DNA from: Acidobacteriota bacterium
GTDB lineage: Bacteria; Acidobacteriota; UBA6911; JACQSX01
Assembly: GCA_036507075.1 (NCBI GenBank)
Contig: DASXQR010000079.1
Span: 1 to 16,568 of the forward strand
Length of the DNA: 16,568 bases
Direction of reading: 5' to 3'
Part shown: piece after piece, positions 7,687-16,506 of the stretch
How positions within the stretch are numbered: the stretch's first letter is position 1
Layout: each line of letters starts with the position of its first letter
Program-made: the position numbers and the translations under genes
Notes under the pieces: model-generated
What the model was told of the DNA's origin: nothing
Database searches by the model: none
What the model saw: only the letters and a program-made list of their open reading frames with translations

Positions 7687-7724
7687 GGCGGCTGCAAGCC
7701 GCTCCGCGCTTCCGGAGCACTGAC

Positions 7725-8018
7725 ATGGAAGGTTCTGACACAGGTCTGACAAAGGTAAGAATTTTGGATCAGATTTACCATGTGCGGAGTGCCGACGATC
7801 CTGCTTATGTTCGGGAGCTGGCTGAGTATGTGGACCGCAAGCTCCAGCAGATTTCCGACAGCACTCCCTCGGTAGACACTCTCAAAGTTGCCATTCTGGC
7901 TGCTCTCAACATTGCCGATGAGCTGTTTCGATTGCGAAAGGCTGAGCAAGAAGATCAACGCTGGTTCGGCGACGAACTGCGCGAGTGCTCTTTGATGCTG
8001 GAAGAATTAAACAGATAG
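7725..8018 (+). CDS. zapA: Cell division protein ZapA
   Basis: VRILDQIYHV..YVRELAEYVDRKL..KVAILAALNIADELF; SD GGAG at 7714-7717. Confidence 0.93.
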   Translation: MEGSDTGLTKVRILDQIYHVRSADDPAYVRELAEYVDRKLQQISDSTPSVDTLKVAILAALNIADELFRLRKAEQEDQRWFGDELRECSLMLEELNR

Positions 8019-8029
8019 AGAGTGAAGTC

Positions 8030-8057
8030 TTGACCGTGTCGGAAAAGCGCATATAAT
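8030..8057 (+). promoter_or_regulatory. Sigma70 promoter for 6S RNA / rny
   Basis: TTGACC (8030-8035), 16-nt spacer, TATAAT (8052-8057), about 7 nt before the predicted RNA 5' end. Confidence 0.75.
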
Positions 8058-8064
8058 GCTGGCT

Positions 8065-8247
8065 GAAGCCCCTGCGACGTTTGTGAATGACATATTTTAT
8101 TTGAGTCTTTCCTTGTTTGAAGGGGTGCCTGAGTCTTTGCGTGGTGTGTGAGTCTCCGATGCGAGATTCCCTAAAGCGCTAAGCAGGGCGCCCACCTGGT
8201 TGCCAGGATTCAAATAAAGGTGAGTCACACGGCGGAGCGGGGGATTC
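8065..8247 (+). ncRNA. ssrS: 6S RNA
   Basis: A rod of about 183 nt. The closing stem is GAAGCCCCTGC/GCGGGGGATTC. Further stems TTTATTTGAGTC (8096-8107)/GATTCAAATAAA (8207-8218) and GGGGTGCCTG (8122-8131)/CAGGGCGCCC (8184-8193) flank a central bubble. It sits in the typical position downstream of zapA. Confidence 0.88.
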
Positions 8248-8295
8248 ACCCTTCCTGTTACTTCCTTCCCGAAACCCTTCCTGTTGGAGTCCATC

Positions 8296-9858
8296 ATGGT
8301 TACGGCAGGACTGGTAACTCTTACGGTCCTGATTCTGATTCTCGGCGTTGTCGCATTTTTCATCGCCAAGCGCAAGCTGATCGATCAGAACCTGGCCCGC
8401 GCAAGAGCCGAAGCAGACAAGCTGGTCCATACGGCCCGCGAAGACGCGGAAAAGCTGAAGAAAGAAAAACTGCTCGAGGCCAAGGAGGAGGTTTTCGGCC
8501 TGAAGTCCGATTTTGACCAGCAGCTTCGCGACGGCAAGAAGGAGTTGGGAGCGCTGGAGAAACGCCTCACCCAGAAGGAAGAAAACCTGGAAAAGCGCGA
8601 GATCGCCATCCTTTCAAAAGAGAAAGACCTCGAAAGGACATCCGCTGAAACTGTCCGGCGTGAAAAGGCCGTGGAACTGCTGGAACAAAAGCTGAACTCG
8701 CTTATTTCCACTGAACTCCAGAACCTGGAGCGCATCTCTTCCATGACGTCCGAGGATGCCAAAAAGCAGTTGCTCAAGAACCTGGAAGCCGACGCGATGC
8801 GTGAAAGTACGCTGATGGTCAAGCGCATCGAAGACCAGGCGAGGGAAGTGGCGCAGCGGGAAGCCAGAAAAATTATCGTCCAGGCGATCCAGCGCTGCGC
8901 GGCCGAGCACGTAGTGGAATCCACGGTTTCGGTGGTCGACCTTCCCAATGAGGAAATGAAAGGGCGAATCATCGGACGCGAGGGTCGGAACATCCGCGCC
9001 CTGGAGCAGGCTACCGGCGTCGATTTGATTGTCGACGATACTCCGGGCGCCATTATTCTTTCCGGTTTCGACCCGGTGAGACGCGAGGTGGCGCGCATAG
9101 CGATCGAGCAATTGCTCGACGACGGTAGGATCCATCCGGCACGCATCGAGGAAGTGGTGGGCAAGGCGCGAACCGAGCTGGAGGGCAGAATATTGCATGA
9201 GGGAGAGGTCGCCGCGTTTGAAGTGGGGATCCACGATTTTCATCCGGAGATTCTAAAAATGCTGGGGCGGCTCAAATATCGCACCAGCTACGGCCAGAAT
9301 GTGCTCCATCACTCGATTGAAGTGGCTTATCTGTGCGGGATCATGGCGGCCGAATGCCGGGCCGATGCCTCGGTGGCCAAGCGCGCCGGTCTGGTGCACG
9401 ACATCGGAAAAGCGGTGGACCGTGAAATAGAAGGAACACACATCCAATTGGGCGTGGAAATGTTGCGCAAGTTCGGGGAGAGTCCGGAAGTGGTGCACGC
9501 GATGGAATGCCATCATTTCGACGTGGAGTTTCGCACCCTGGAGGCGGTTTTGGTCCAAGCTGCCGATGCGATCTCTGCGGCGCGCCCTGGAGCGCGCCGC
9601 GAAATTCTGGAGAGCTATGTCAAGCGCCTCGAGAAACTGGAAGCGCTGGCCGAGTCATTCAGCGGAGTGGCCAAAGCATTCGCCCTTCAGGCTGGACGCG
9701 AGATCCGCATCATTGTGGAGAGCAGCAAGGTTTCCGACGAGCAGGCGCTCTGGCTTACCAAAGACATCACAAAGAAGATCGAGAGTGAGCTGCAGTATCC
9801 GGGACAGATCAAAGTGACCGTAATCCGCGAAATGAGAGTGGTGGATTACGCCAAGTGA
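8296..9858 (+). CDS. rny: Ribonuclease Y
   Basis: N-terminal TM helix, coiled coil, KH domain (MKGRIIGREGRNIR), HD domain (RTSYGQNVLHHS..LVHDIGK), ADAISAARPGAR, QAGREIR, YPGQIKVTVIRE. SD GGAG at 8286-8289 precedes ATG 8296. Confidence 0.98.
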   Translation: MVTAGLVTLTVLILILGVVAFFIAKRKLIDQNLARARAEADKLVHTAREDAEKLKKEKLLEAKEEVFGLKSDFDQQLRDGKKELGALEKRLTQKEENLEKREIAILSKEKDLERTSAETVRREKAVELLEQKLNSLISTELQNLERISSMTSEDAKKQLLKNLEADAMRESTLMVKRIEDQAREVAQREARKIIVQAIQRCAAEHVVESTVSVVDLPNEEMKGRIIGREGRNIRALEQATGVDLIVDDTPGAIILSGFDPVRREVARIAIEQLLDDGRIHPARIEEVVGKARTELEGRILHEGEVAAFEVGIHDFHPEILKMLGRLKYRTSYGQNVLHHSIEVAYLCGIMAAECRADASVAKRAGLVHDIGKAVDREIEGTHIQLGVEMLRKFGESPEVVHAMECHHFDVEFRTLEAVLVQAADAISAARPGARREILESYVKRLEKLEALAESFSGVAKAFALQAGREIRIIVESSKVSDEQALWLTKDITKKIESELQYPGQIKVTVIREMRVVDYAK

Positions 9859-9861
9859 AGA

Positions 9862-10012
9862 TTCACCCGGAGGGCACAGCCCGGCGAAGCCGCAACCAAG
9901 AAAAGCCGACGACGGCCACGTGCACGTGCACGTCAACGAGAGACGTCAACGACCACGTCAACGCTCACGAAAAAAAGTCGCAAGTCCGCCTTCTTTGTGT
10001 CTTTGTGGTGAA
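9862..10012. repeat. Compound repeat element: degenerate outer IR (TTCACC../..GGTGAA), GCCGCAACCAA motif, inner CACGTC-type 6-mer array
   Basis: The right end is CTTTGTGT-CTTTGTGG-TGAA (8-mer). GCCGCAACCAA at 9889-9899 is identical to 1-11. GACGGCCACGT at 9911-9921 is identical to 287-297. Confidence 0.7.
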
Positions 10013-10021
10013 ATTCCCCTG

Positions 10022-10798
10022 ATGCGCATTCTATTCATCGGCGACATCGTCGGCAAACCCGGCCGTCAGATCGCACAAAGTCATCTCTCTCTCCTGAAAC
10101 AGGACTACCAGGCTGATTTCACCATTGTTAACTGTGAAAACGCCGCCGCCGGTTTCGGCATAACCGCCAAGATCGGGGAGGAATTGTTTCAGGCCGGGGC
10201 CGATGTCCTCACCTCCGGCAATCACATCTGGGATCGCCGTGAGGCGTATGATTTCCTGAATTCCGAGCCGCGAATGCTGCGGCCGGCGAATTATCCTCCT
10301 GGAGTCCCGGGATACGGTTTTTGGAAAGGCACGGTCAAAGATGTTCCGTTCGCGGTTCTGAATCTGCAGGGCCGGGTCTTCATGGTCCCTATTGACTGTC
10401 CTTTCCGCGCGTTTGATTCTCTTCGCGCCGGCGAGCTCTCCGGATGCATTCTTTTTGTAGACTTTCACGCCGAAGCCACATCCGAAAAGCTTGCTTTCGG
10501 CGCTTATGTGGACGGCAGGGCAAGCGCCGTGGTGGGAACGCACACACACGTGACCACGGCCGATGAGACAGTACAGGCCGGCGGCACGGCCTACATCACC
10601 GATGTGGGAATGACGGGTCCGAGCGATTCCATTATCGGAATGCAGAAGGAAGGGTCGATCGAGCGTTTTCTGATGCAGATTCCCAGGAAATTCGAGCCGG
10701 CAGAGGGTCGTCCGAGGCTGAGCGGCGTGGTGGTCGACATTGACGAGACCAGCGCCCGCGCGCGCAGCATCCAGCGAATCACGCGCACGGAGATCTAG
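10022..10798 (+). CDS. ymdB: YmdB-like metallophosphoesterase (TIGR00282 family)
   Basis: MRILFIGDIVGKPGR, NCENAAAGFG, TSGNHIWD, RPANYP, DFHAEATSEK, GTHTHV, TDVGMTG; follows rny as is usual for this family. Confidence 0.93.
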   Translation: MRILFIGDIVGKPGRQIAQSHLSLLKQDYQADFTIVNCENAAAGFGITAKIGEELFQAGADVLTSGNHIWDRREAYDFLNSEPRMLRPANYPPGVPGYGFWKGTVKDVPFAVLNLQGRVFMVPIDCPFRAFDSLRAGELSGCILFVDFHAEATSEKLAFGAYVDGRASAVVGTHTHVTTADETVQAGGTAYITDVGMTGPSDSIIGMQKEGSIERFLMQIPRKFEPAEGRPRLSGVVVDIDETSARARSIQRITRTEI

Positions 10799-10804
10799 AT
10801 ACTT

Positions 10805-10909
10805 GTCATTGGTCATTTCACTACCAGCTGACGCGCGCGGTTCGGCTGGTAGTGAAATGATCAATAACCAATGACGAATGACCAATGACCGATGACGAGT
10901 GAGCGATGA
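10805..10909. repeat. 27-bp stem hairpin with a 7-mer (CAATGAC) tail between convergent genes; possible bidirectional terminator
   Basis: 10805-10831 pairs with 10842-10868 (24/27 Watson-Crick, 2 G-U). It is followed by degenerate CAATGAC units up to the uvrA stop. Confidence 0.8.
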
Positions 10910-13801
10910 TCAGTCTCCCAGGTAACTTCGCAGATAGCGCCCGGTGTAGGAGTTCTCGCTGCGCGCGACATTTTCCGGCCTTCCCACCGCGACGATTTCG
11001 CCGCCCCGATCTCCGCCCTCCGGCCCCAGATCAATAATCCAGTCGGCCGATTTGATCACATCCAGGTTGTGCTCAATGACAACCAGTGAAGCGCCTTCCC
11101 TGATCAGTCGGTCAAACGCCTTCAGCAGTTTATTGATGTCATCGAAGTGCAGGCCGGTGGTGGGTTCGTCGAAAATGAAGAGCGGCTTTTTGGAAGTCCT
11201 CTTGATCAGAAATGAGGCCAGCTTGATTCGCTGCGCTTCTCCGCCGCTCAGCGTCGTCGAGGATTGACCGAGACGCAGGTATCCGAGACCGACTTCATCG
11301 AGAACCTTCAGTTTCTTGACCAGTTGAGCATGGCTGGAAAAGAACAGCACCGCTTCACGCACGGTCATATTCAAAACTTCATGGATGTTTTTGCCGCGAT
11401 ACATGACCTCAAGAACGGACTGTTTGAATCGCGTTCCCTTGCATTCTTCGCAAGTCAGCTCCACATCGGCCAAAAACTGCATCTCCACGGTGACGCTTCC
11501 CGATCCTTCACACACTTCGCATCGCCCTCCCGGGACGTTGAACGAAAAGTGACCGGGTGTGAAATTTCGCGAGGCTGCTTCGCGAGTGGAGGCAAAAATG
11601 TGCCGGACTTCATCGAACGCCTTAATGTAAGTAATTGGATTGGAGCGTGGCGTTTTTCCGATGGGAGACTGATCGACCATCAAAACCTCAGTAACCAGCT
11701 TTCCCCCTGCCACTTCGTCATGCAGGCCGACCGCGTCCTTCCATTCTCCCTTTTGCCTTTTCAGTTCGGCGTAAATGATGTCATGCACCAGTGTGGATTT
11801 GCCGCTGCCGGAGACGCCGGTTATGCAGACCATCATGTTTAGAGGGATCCGAACATCCAAACCTTTCAGATTGTGCTGCCGTGCGCCGCGGATCAGTAAT
11901 TCCTGGCCGTTGCTCTGGCGGCGGAACACGGGAGTGGCGACGCGCAATTCTCCCTTCAGATAGCGTGCGGTCAACGAGCTGGGACTTTGCAGCAGGGATG
12001 CGTAGTCTCCCTGGTGGATGATTTCGCCTCCCGCCTCACCCGCTCCCGGTCCCATGTCGATGATGTGGTCAGCAGCCTCCATCATTTCTTTGTCGTGCTC
12101 GACAACCAGGACTGTGTTGCCGGCGCTGCTGAGCTTCTTCAGTATGTCGATCAACCGGTTGCTGTCGCGTGAATGCAGGCCGATGCTCGGCTCATCGAGC
12201 ACGTAGAGTGCTCCCACCAGCGAAGACCCGAGCGCGGTGGCAAGTTGGATGCGCTGCGCTTCGCCGCCGCTCAACGTCGAGGTGAGACGGTCCAGCGAGA
12301 GATAATCAAGACCGACGCGCAGCAGAAAATCGAGGCGCGAGCGGATCTCGCGTATCAGGCGGTCGGCCACTGCGTGCTCCATGTCGGTCAGCTCCAGTGA
12401 GTCGAAGAACCGGGCGGCATCGCGAATCGTCATCGCCGTGACCTGGGTGATGCGCTTGCCGTTCAGATAAACATCGAGCGCTTCGCGCCGCAACCGCTCA
12501 CCCCCGCACTCACTGCACAGCGTATAGCCGCGATAACGGCTGATCAGGATGCGGACATGGATTTTGTATTTCTTTGTTTCCAGATAATCGAAAAACCCGA
12601 GTATGCCCGGGAACTTTCCTTCGCCTTCGTAGATCCAGCGCTGCTGTTCTTCAGACAGATCGCAGTAACGTTTATTGACGTCGATGTTCTTCCTGGCGGC
12701 CCAGTCCCTGAGCTTTTTCTGGAAGTTGCGATAACGCGGGCGTTTCCAGGGATCGATCGGATCTTGCGCGATCGACAGCGTCGGGTCGGGAATAATCCGG
12801 CCCAGATCCAGGTTTATGGTGTTGCCAAACCCCTGGCACACCGGACAGGCTCCGTACGGATTATTGAATGAAAAAAGCCTGGGCTCCGGCACTTTGTAGA
12901 GCAGCCCGCACGAAGAGCATTCGAAGCGCTGGCTGAAACGAAGCAGTTGAAGTTGCTGAGGCTCGCCGGCGCCTGCCACGGCGCGGGCGTTCAGTTTGTC
13001 GGGGAGGTCTCCAGGATCTGCAAAGAAGATCTCCGCCAGTCCGTTTCCCTCGCGGAAGCACAGCTCCAGGGAATCGGATAATCGCTGGCGCTCGGAATAC
13101 TCGATTTGTAATCGATCCACCACCACACGGATGTCAGCCAGGTCCACCTGCACGCGTGGCGCCGAGTCGAGATCCTGGATCTCTCCGTTCTTGAAAACCC
13201 TTCGGAAGCCCTGCTTTTTCAAATTATCGAAAACAAGAGCGCTCGAGGTGCTTTCACCCCCGGGCCCGCTCGACTCTGAAAGAAGGTCGAAGGCGCTTCC
13301 TCGCAGCGGGAACAGGGCATAGATGCGCCTTCCCGCAGCTTGCATCAGCAGATCAACAGTGCTGTCAACCGAGTCAGCTTTCACGAGGCGCCCGCATCGG
13401 CGACAGATCGTTCGTCCAATCCGGGCGTAGGCCAGCCGCAGAAAATCGTAAATCTCGGTAACCGTGCCGACCGTGCTGCGCGGATTGCGCGAAGTGTTCT
13501 TCTGGCGAATAGCGATAGCCGGACTGATTCCGAGAATTTCGTCTACTCGGGGCTTTTCCATTCGCTCCAGAAACTGCCGGGCATAGGCGGACAGCGACTC
13601 GACATAACGGCGCTGCCCTTCCGCGTAAAGGGTGTCAAATGCCAGGCTGGACTTTCCGGACCCGGAAACACCGGTGACCACGGTCAGCTTATTGTTCGGA
13701 ATATCGCAGGAGATCCCCTTCAGATTGTGGACCCGGGCGCCGCGAATGGAGATGCATTCCGGCGAGAAGTTGGGAGCGGCAGCGGTTACCAGTTTTCTCA
13801 T
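10910..13801 (-). CDS. uvrA: Excinuclease ABC subunit A
   Basis: GARVHNLK, two Walker A motifs [38 protein letters not shown], two LSGGEAQRI signatures, [16 protein letters not shown], CxxC zinc fingers. ATG 13801 is preferred over 14041, which lies in a repeat. Confidence 0.97.
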   Translation of the reverse strand: MRKLVTAAAPNFSPECISIRGARVHNLKGISCDIPNNKLTVVTGVSGSGKSSLAFDTLYAEGQRRYVESLSAYARQFLERMEKPRVDEILGISPAIAIRQKNTSRNPRSTVGTVTEIYDFLRLAYARIGRTICRRCGRLVKADSVDSTVDLLMQAAGRRIYALFPLRGSAFDLLSESSGPGGESTSSALVFDNLKKQGFRRVFKNGEIQDLDSAPRVQVDLADIRVVVDRLQIEYSERQRLSDSLELCFREGNGLAEIFFADPGDLPDKLNARAVAGAGEPQQLQLLRFSQRFECSSCGLLYKVPEPRLFSFNNPYGACPVCQGFGNTINLDLGRIIPDPTLSIAQDPIDPWKRPRYRNFQKKLRDWAARKNIDVNKRYCDLSEEQQRWIYEGEGKFPGILGFFDYLETKKYKIHVRILISRYRGYTLCSECGGERLRREALDVYLNGKRITQVTAMTIRDAARFFDSLELTDMEHAVADRLIREIRSRLDFLLRVGLDYLSLDRLTSTLSGGEAQRIQLATALGSSLVGALYVLDEPSIGLHSRDSNRLIDILKKLSSAGNTVLVVEHDKEMMEAADHIIDMGPGAGEAGGEIIHQGDYASLLQSPSSLTARYLKGELRVATPVFRRQSNGQELLIRGARQHNLKGLDVRIPLNMMVCITGVSGSGKSTLVHDIIYAELKRQKGEWKDAVGLHDEVAGGKLVTEVLMVDQSPIGKTPRSNPITYIKAFDEVRHIFASTREAASRNFTPGHFSFNVPGGRCEVCEGSGSVTVEMQFLADVELTCEECKGTRFKQSVLEVMYRGKNIHEVLNMTVREAVLFFSSHAQLVKKLKVLDEVGLGYLRLGQSSTTLSGGEAQRIKLASFLIKRTSKKPLFIFDEPTTGLHFDDINKLLKAFDRLIREGASLVVIEHNLDVIKSADWIIDLGPEGGDRGGEIVAVGRPENVARSENSYTGRYLRSYLGD

Positions 13802-13876
13802 AACAGCGTACAAGATCCAGCCAAACCCGCCGTGCAGGCCGCACAGCAGGATTTCCTGTACCTGGTCAAAAGATCC

Positions 13877-13906
13877 AGTGTAAGGGAGGGAGGAGGCGAA
13901 CTTCAA
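13877..13906 (-). promoter_or_regulatory. Sigma70-type promoter for uvrA
   Basis: Minus strand: TTGAAG (13906-13901), 18-nt spacer, TACACT (13882-13877). Confidence 0.6.
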
Positions 13907-13917
13907 GAGCGGGGGTT

Positions 13918-14062
13918 TGGGGATTGAGGGATGGAGGGATGGAGGGACGGAGGGATGGAGGGACTGAGAGATTGAGTGACTGAGAGCCTCCATCTCTCCA
14001 TCTCTCCATCTCTCCATCTCTCCATCCCTCCATCTCTCCATCCCTCCATCTCTCCATCCCCC
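13918..14062. repeat. Inverted 8-mer tandem-repeat element (AGGGAYKG / CTCCATCY), copy A
   Basis: About 8 purine-rich units (13919-13987) are immediately followed by 9 CTCCATCY units (13988-14059). Confidence 0.92.
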
Positions 14063-14091
14063 TTGCCCGCCTTACGGTTCACTTGTATAGT
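14063..14091 (+). promoter_or_regulatory. Sigma70-type promoter, probably giving a leaderless mRNA
   Basis: TTGCCC (14063-14068), 17-nt spacer, TATAGT (14086-14091), then 7 nt to ATG 14099. Confidence 0.65.
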
Positions 14092-14098
14092 CGCGGCG

Positions 14099-15094
14099 AT
14101 GGCTGCGTTTCACATCACACAGACTAATCCGAAGGTGATGCTGGCGGGCGGACTGACACAACTGCTTACCGCGGGTCTGGATGCCGGCGGAGGTGATATC
14201 GAAGTTCGATTCGATTCACAGCCTGCCCTGGTGGTGGGAGCCTCGTCTCGTGTGACGCTGGTTCGCGTACCCGACGTGCAGGGCGAATGCGCCATCACGA
14301 TTTCTCAGGGTGGGAAAACCTCCGCGCCGTTTCCGATCTACACGGGAGAGATCCTGGCTACCGAGCTGAATCCGGTCAGCAATCCTGCTACTGACAGGCA
14401 CGGCAATATCTTCGTCGCTTTCAGCGGCTCTCGCGGAGCCACAGTTCCATTTTCGGTCTATCGGATTCTGGCGGGCAGCGGACAAAAGGAACCGTTTCTG
14501 GCTGACATCGTCAATGCCACAGGAATCGTCGTCGCCCCGGACGACACCATTTACATCTCCAGTCGCCATACCGGCACGGTCTACAAATCAGACCTTCATA
14601 AGAACGTGGAGAAGGTGGCTGAAAACCTTGGCATCGCGACAGGGATGGCGCTGGATCCCGGCGGAAATCTCTATGTGGGGGACCGCAGCGGGTTGATCCA
14701 TAAGATCCATCCCGGAGGCAAAGACGAAGTGGTTTGTGAAATCGAGCCCAGCGTCTCGGCGTTTCACCTGGCTTTGCGTAAGGATGGAAAACTGTTTGTC
14801 ACCGGCCCGACACTGGCGACGCAGGACAACATTTATGAAATCGGGTCAGACAGGCAGCCGAAGATTTTTTTTCATGGCTTCGGGAGGCCGCAGGGAATCG
14901 CTTTTGACGGGAAAAGGTTGCTGGTAACAGGAAGCTATCAGGGACGACGGGGGGTATTCGCAGTCTCCGATGACAAGAAGGTCGAACAACTGGTTGCCAG
15001 CCCGATCCTCGTCGGGCTGGCAATCGCTCCCAACGGCGACTTGATTCTCGCCGACTCGATCTCGCTTTATCGCGTGCCGGCCGGTAAATGGTAA
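14099..15094 (+). CDS. IPT/TIG-like domain plus beta-propeller protein (SMP-30/gluconolactonase/NHL-like), function unknown
   Basis: An N-terminal Ig-like segment (ITQTNPKVMLAGG..EVRFD..LVRVP) is followed by repeated propeller blades (ATGIVVAPDDTIYIS, ATGMALDPGGNLYVGD, PQGIAFDG, VGLAIAPNGDLILAD). Confidence 0.75.
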   Translation: MAAFHITQTNPKVMLAGGLTQLLTAGLDAGGGDIEVRFDSQPALVVGASSRVTLVRVPDVQGECAITISQGGKTSAPFPIYTGEILATELNPVSNPATDRHGNIFVAFSGSRGATVPFSVYRILAGSGQKEPFLADIVNATGIVVAPDDTIYISSRHTGTVYKSDLHKNVEKVAENLGIATGMALDPGGNLYVGDRSGLIHKIHPGGKDEVVCEIEPSVSAFHLALRKDGKLFVTGPTLATQDNIYEIGSDRQPKIFFHGFGRPQGIAFDGKRLLVTGSYQGRRGVFAVSDDKKVEQLVASPILVGLAIAPNGDLILADSISLYRVPAGKW

Positions 15095-15109
15095 TGTGCC
15101 CGCGCGGTG

Positions 15110-15318
15110 TGGGGATTGAGGGACTGAGGGATTGAGGGACTGAGGGATTGAGGGATGGAGGGACTGAGGGACTGAGGAATGGAGGGACTGAGGGACTGAA
15201 GATTGAGAGATTGAGGAATTGAGTGACTGAGAGCGCGGTTCCCAAATCCCTCCATCCCTCCGTCCCTCCATCCCTCCATCCCTCCGTCCCTCCATCCCTC
15301 CCTCCATCCCTCCCTCCC
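15110..15318. repeat. Inverted 8-mer tandem-repeat element (AGGGAYKG / TCCRTCCC), copy B
   Basis: About 15 purine-rich units (15111-15234), a short spacer, then TCCATCCC/TCCGTCCC units (about 15247-15318). It lies between convergent genes. Confidence 0.92.
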
Positions 15319-15322
15319 GCTC

Positions 15323-16480
15323 TTAGGCGCGCGGTGTAAGAAAAGTCATCGCTGTTTCCCATAAAATCCTGGGCGCCGACCTTAAAATTCGCTGTTTTAG
15401 TCCTGCGTACCCTTGAGATCCGGCGATGTATTCGTTCTCGATCTTCCTCACTGTGGCGCTTCGTTCCGTAAAGGGAAGAAGCAATTCGGCGTAGCTCCAC
15501 TTCCACCTTGCGCCGGAATAGAACGCGGTTTTCAACCGTGACGATGCGGCAAGCTCTTCGCCGAAATCCTGCCGCCAAAGCGCATCAAATCCTTCCAATG
15601 TTTTTTCGTGAGCGAGCTGTGAAAGGAGCTGGGCAGCGCGCAGCGCAAAGTAAATTCCTTCGCCGGTTATGGCATCGACGAATCCGCCGGCATCGCCGAT
15701 CAGAGCCCAGTTGGAACCTGAGCAGCGGTTCGTTCGCAGCGTCGATTGTCGAAGTGTCGGCACCGTTGCCGCATAGATCCTTTCTTTCCCGGGAGGCAGC
15801 ATGTCGTAATAGCGGCGCAGGAAGTTATCGGCGTGCAGCCGTAGAGTTTTAGTTATCGGATGGTCTGCCGTGTGGATCACTCCAACACTACTGTGGTCGG
15901 GGCGCGGGAATGACCAGAGGTATCCTTGAAAACCTCGCGGAAGAAACTCCACGATAGCGCGCTGTGGGTGGAATTCTCCCGGCGCGTAGTATCCGAATGT
16001 CATCGACAAGTCGGCCAGCTCGAAAGGCCGGCTGCAGGCCGCGCGCACGCGGCTGTGACTGCCGTCGGCGCCGATCAGCCAGTCAAAACGAAAACTGACG
16101 TCACCCGCTTTGATCTCCCATCCGGATCCGCAGGCACGGATGTCTGTGACGTTGCGGTCTTCGATCGTGACACCCTGCGCCTCCGCTTGCTCGAGGAGAT
16201 AAGTGTCGGAGCAGGCCCGGGCAAAAATCTGGAAAGGAGCTTCCAAAGGAAGGATGACTCTTCTTTTACCCGAGATCAGCTCCAGTTCCTTTATGCAGGA
16301 TCGAGGGACGCCAGATTCGGCCAGCCTGCAGGCTTTCAGCGCGCGGGATGTGAAGCCTCCGCCGCATGCTTTTTCTCTTCCTCGTTTTCTTTCAAACAGG
16401 GTGACTTCAAGTCCCGTTTGGGATAGCAGGGCAGCCGCATGGCTTCCGGCCGGACCCCCGCCCACGATTCCGACTCTCAT
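15323..16480 (-). CDS. FAD-dependent oxidoreductase, geranylgeranyl reductase family
   Basis: N-terminal VGGGPAG..FER..KACGGG, LIGADG..SRV, GYLWSFP, LIGDAGGFVDAITGEGI. Confidence 0.88.
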   Translation of the reverse strand: MRVGIVGGGPAGSHAAALLSQTGLEVTLFERKRGREKACGGGFTSRALKACRLAESGVPRSCIKELELISGKRRVILPLEAPFQIFARACSDTYLLEQAEAQGVTIEDRNVTDIRACGSGWEIKAGDVSFRFDWLIGADGSHSRVRAACSRPFELADLSMTFGYYAPGEFHPQRAIVEFLPRGFQGYLWSFPRPDHSSVGVIHTADHPITKTLRLHADNFLRRYYDMLPPGKERIYAATVPTLRQSTLRTNRCSGSNWALIGDAGGFVDAITGEGIYFALRAAQLLSQLAHEKTLEGFDALWRQDFGEELAASSRLKTAFYSGARWKWSYAELLLPFTERSATVRKIENEYIAGSQGYAGLKQRILRSAPRILWETAMTFLTPRA

Positions 16481-16506
16481 GGATGGTATATTAACTCTGC
16501 GTTATA

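Noticed and set aside
8097..8516. ORFs 8097-8375, 8179-8430 and 8220-8516
   Set aside because: They overlap the 6S RNA and the rny start, which explain the region better.
13802..13917. LexA/SOS box upstream of uvrA
   Set aside because: By eye there is no match to CTGT-N8-ACAG, GAAC-N4-GTTC or GTTC-N7-GTTC. A lineage-specific box cannot be excluded.
433..13927. Long antisense or alternate-frame ORFs over thrS, pheS, pheT, rny, ymdB and uvrA
   Set aside because: Shadow ORFs expected opposite GC-rich conserved genes, with no motifs.
13802..14098. N-terminal extensions of uvrA (from 14041) and of the 13976 ORF, and ORFs such as 13866-14057 (MERWRDGE repeats)
   Set aside because: They are translations of the 8-mer DNA repeat, which lacks stops in several frames. 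They also overlap predicted promoters.
14799..15578. Minus-strand ORFs 14799-15578, 14846-15307 and 15067-15279
   Set aside because: Low-complexity products of repeat copy B that overlap real genes.
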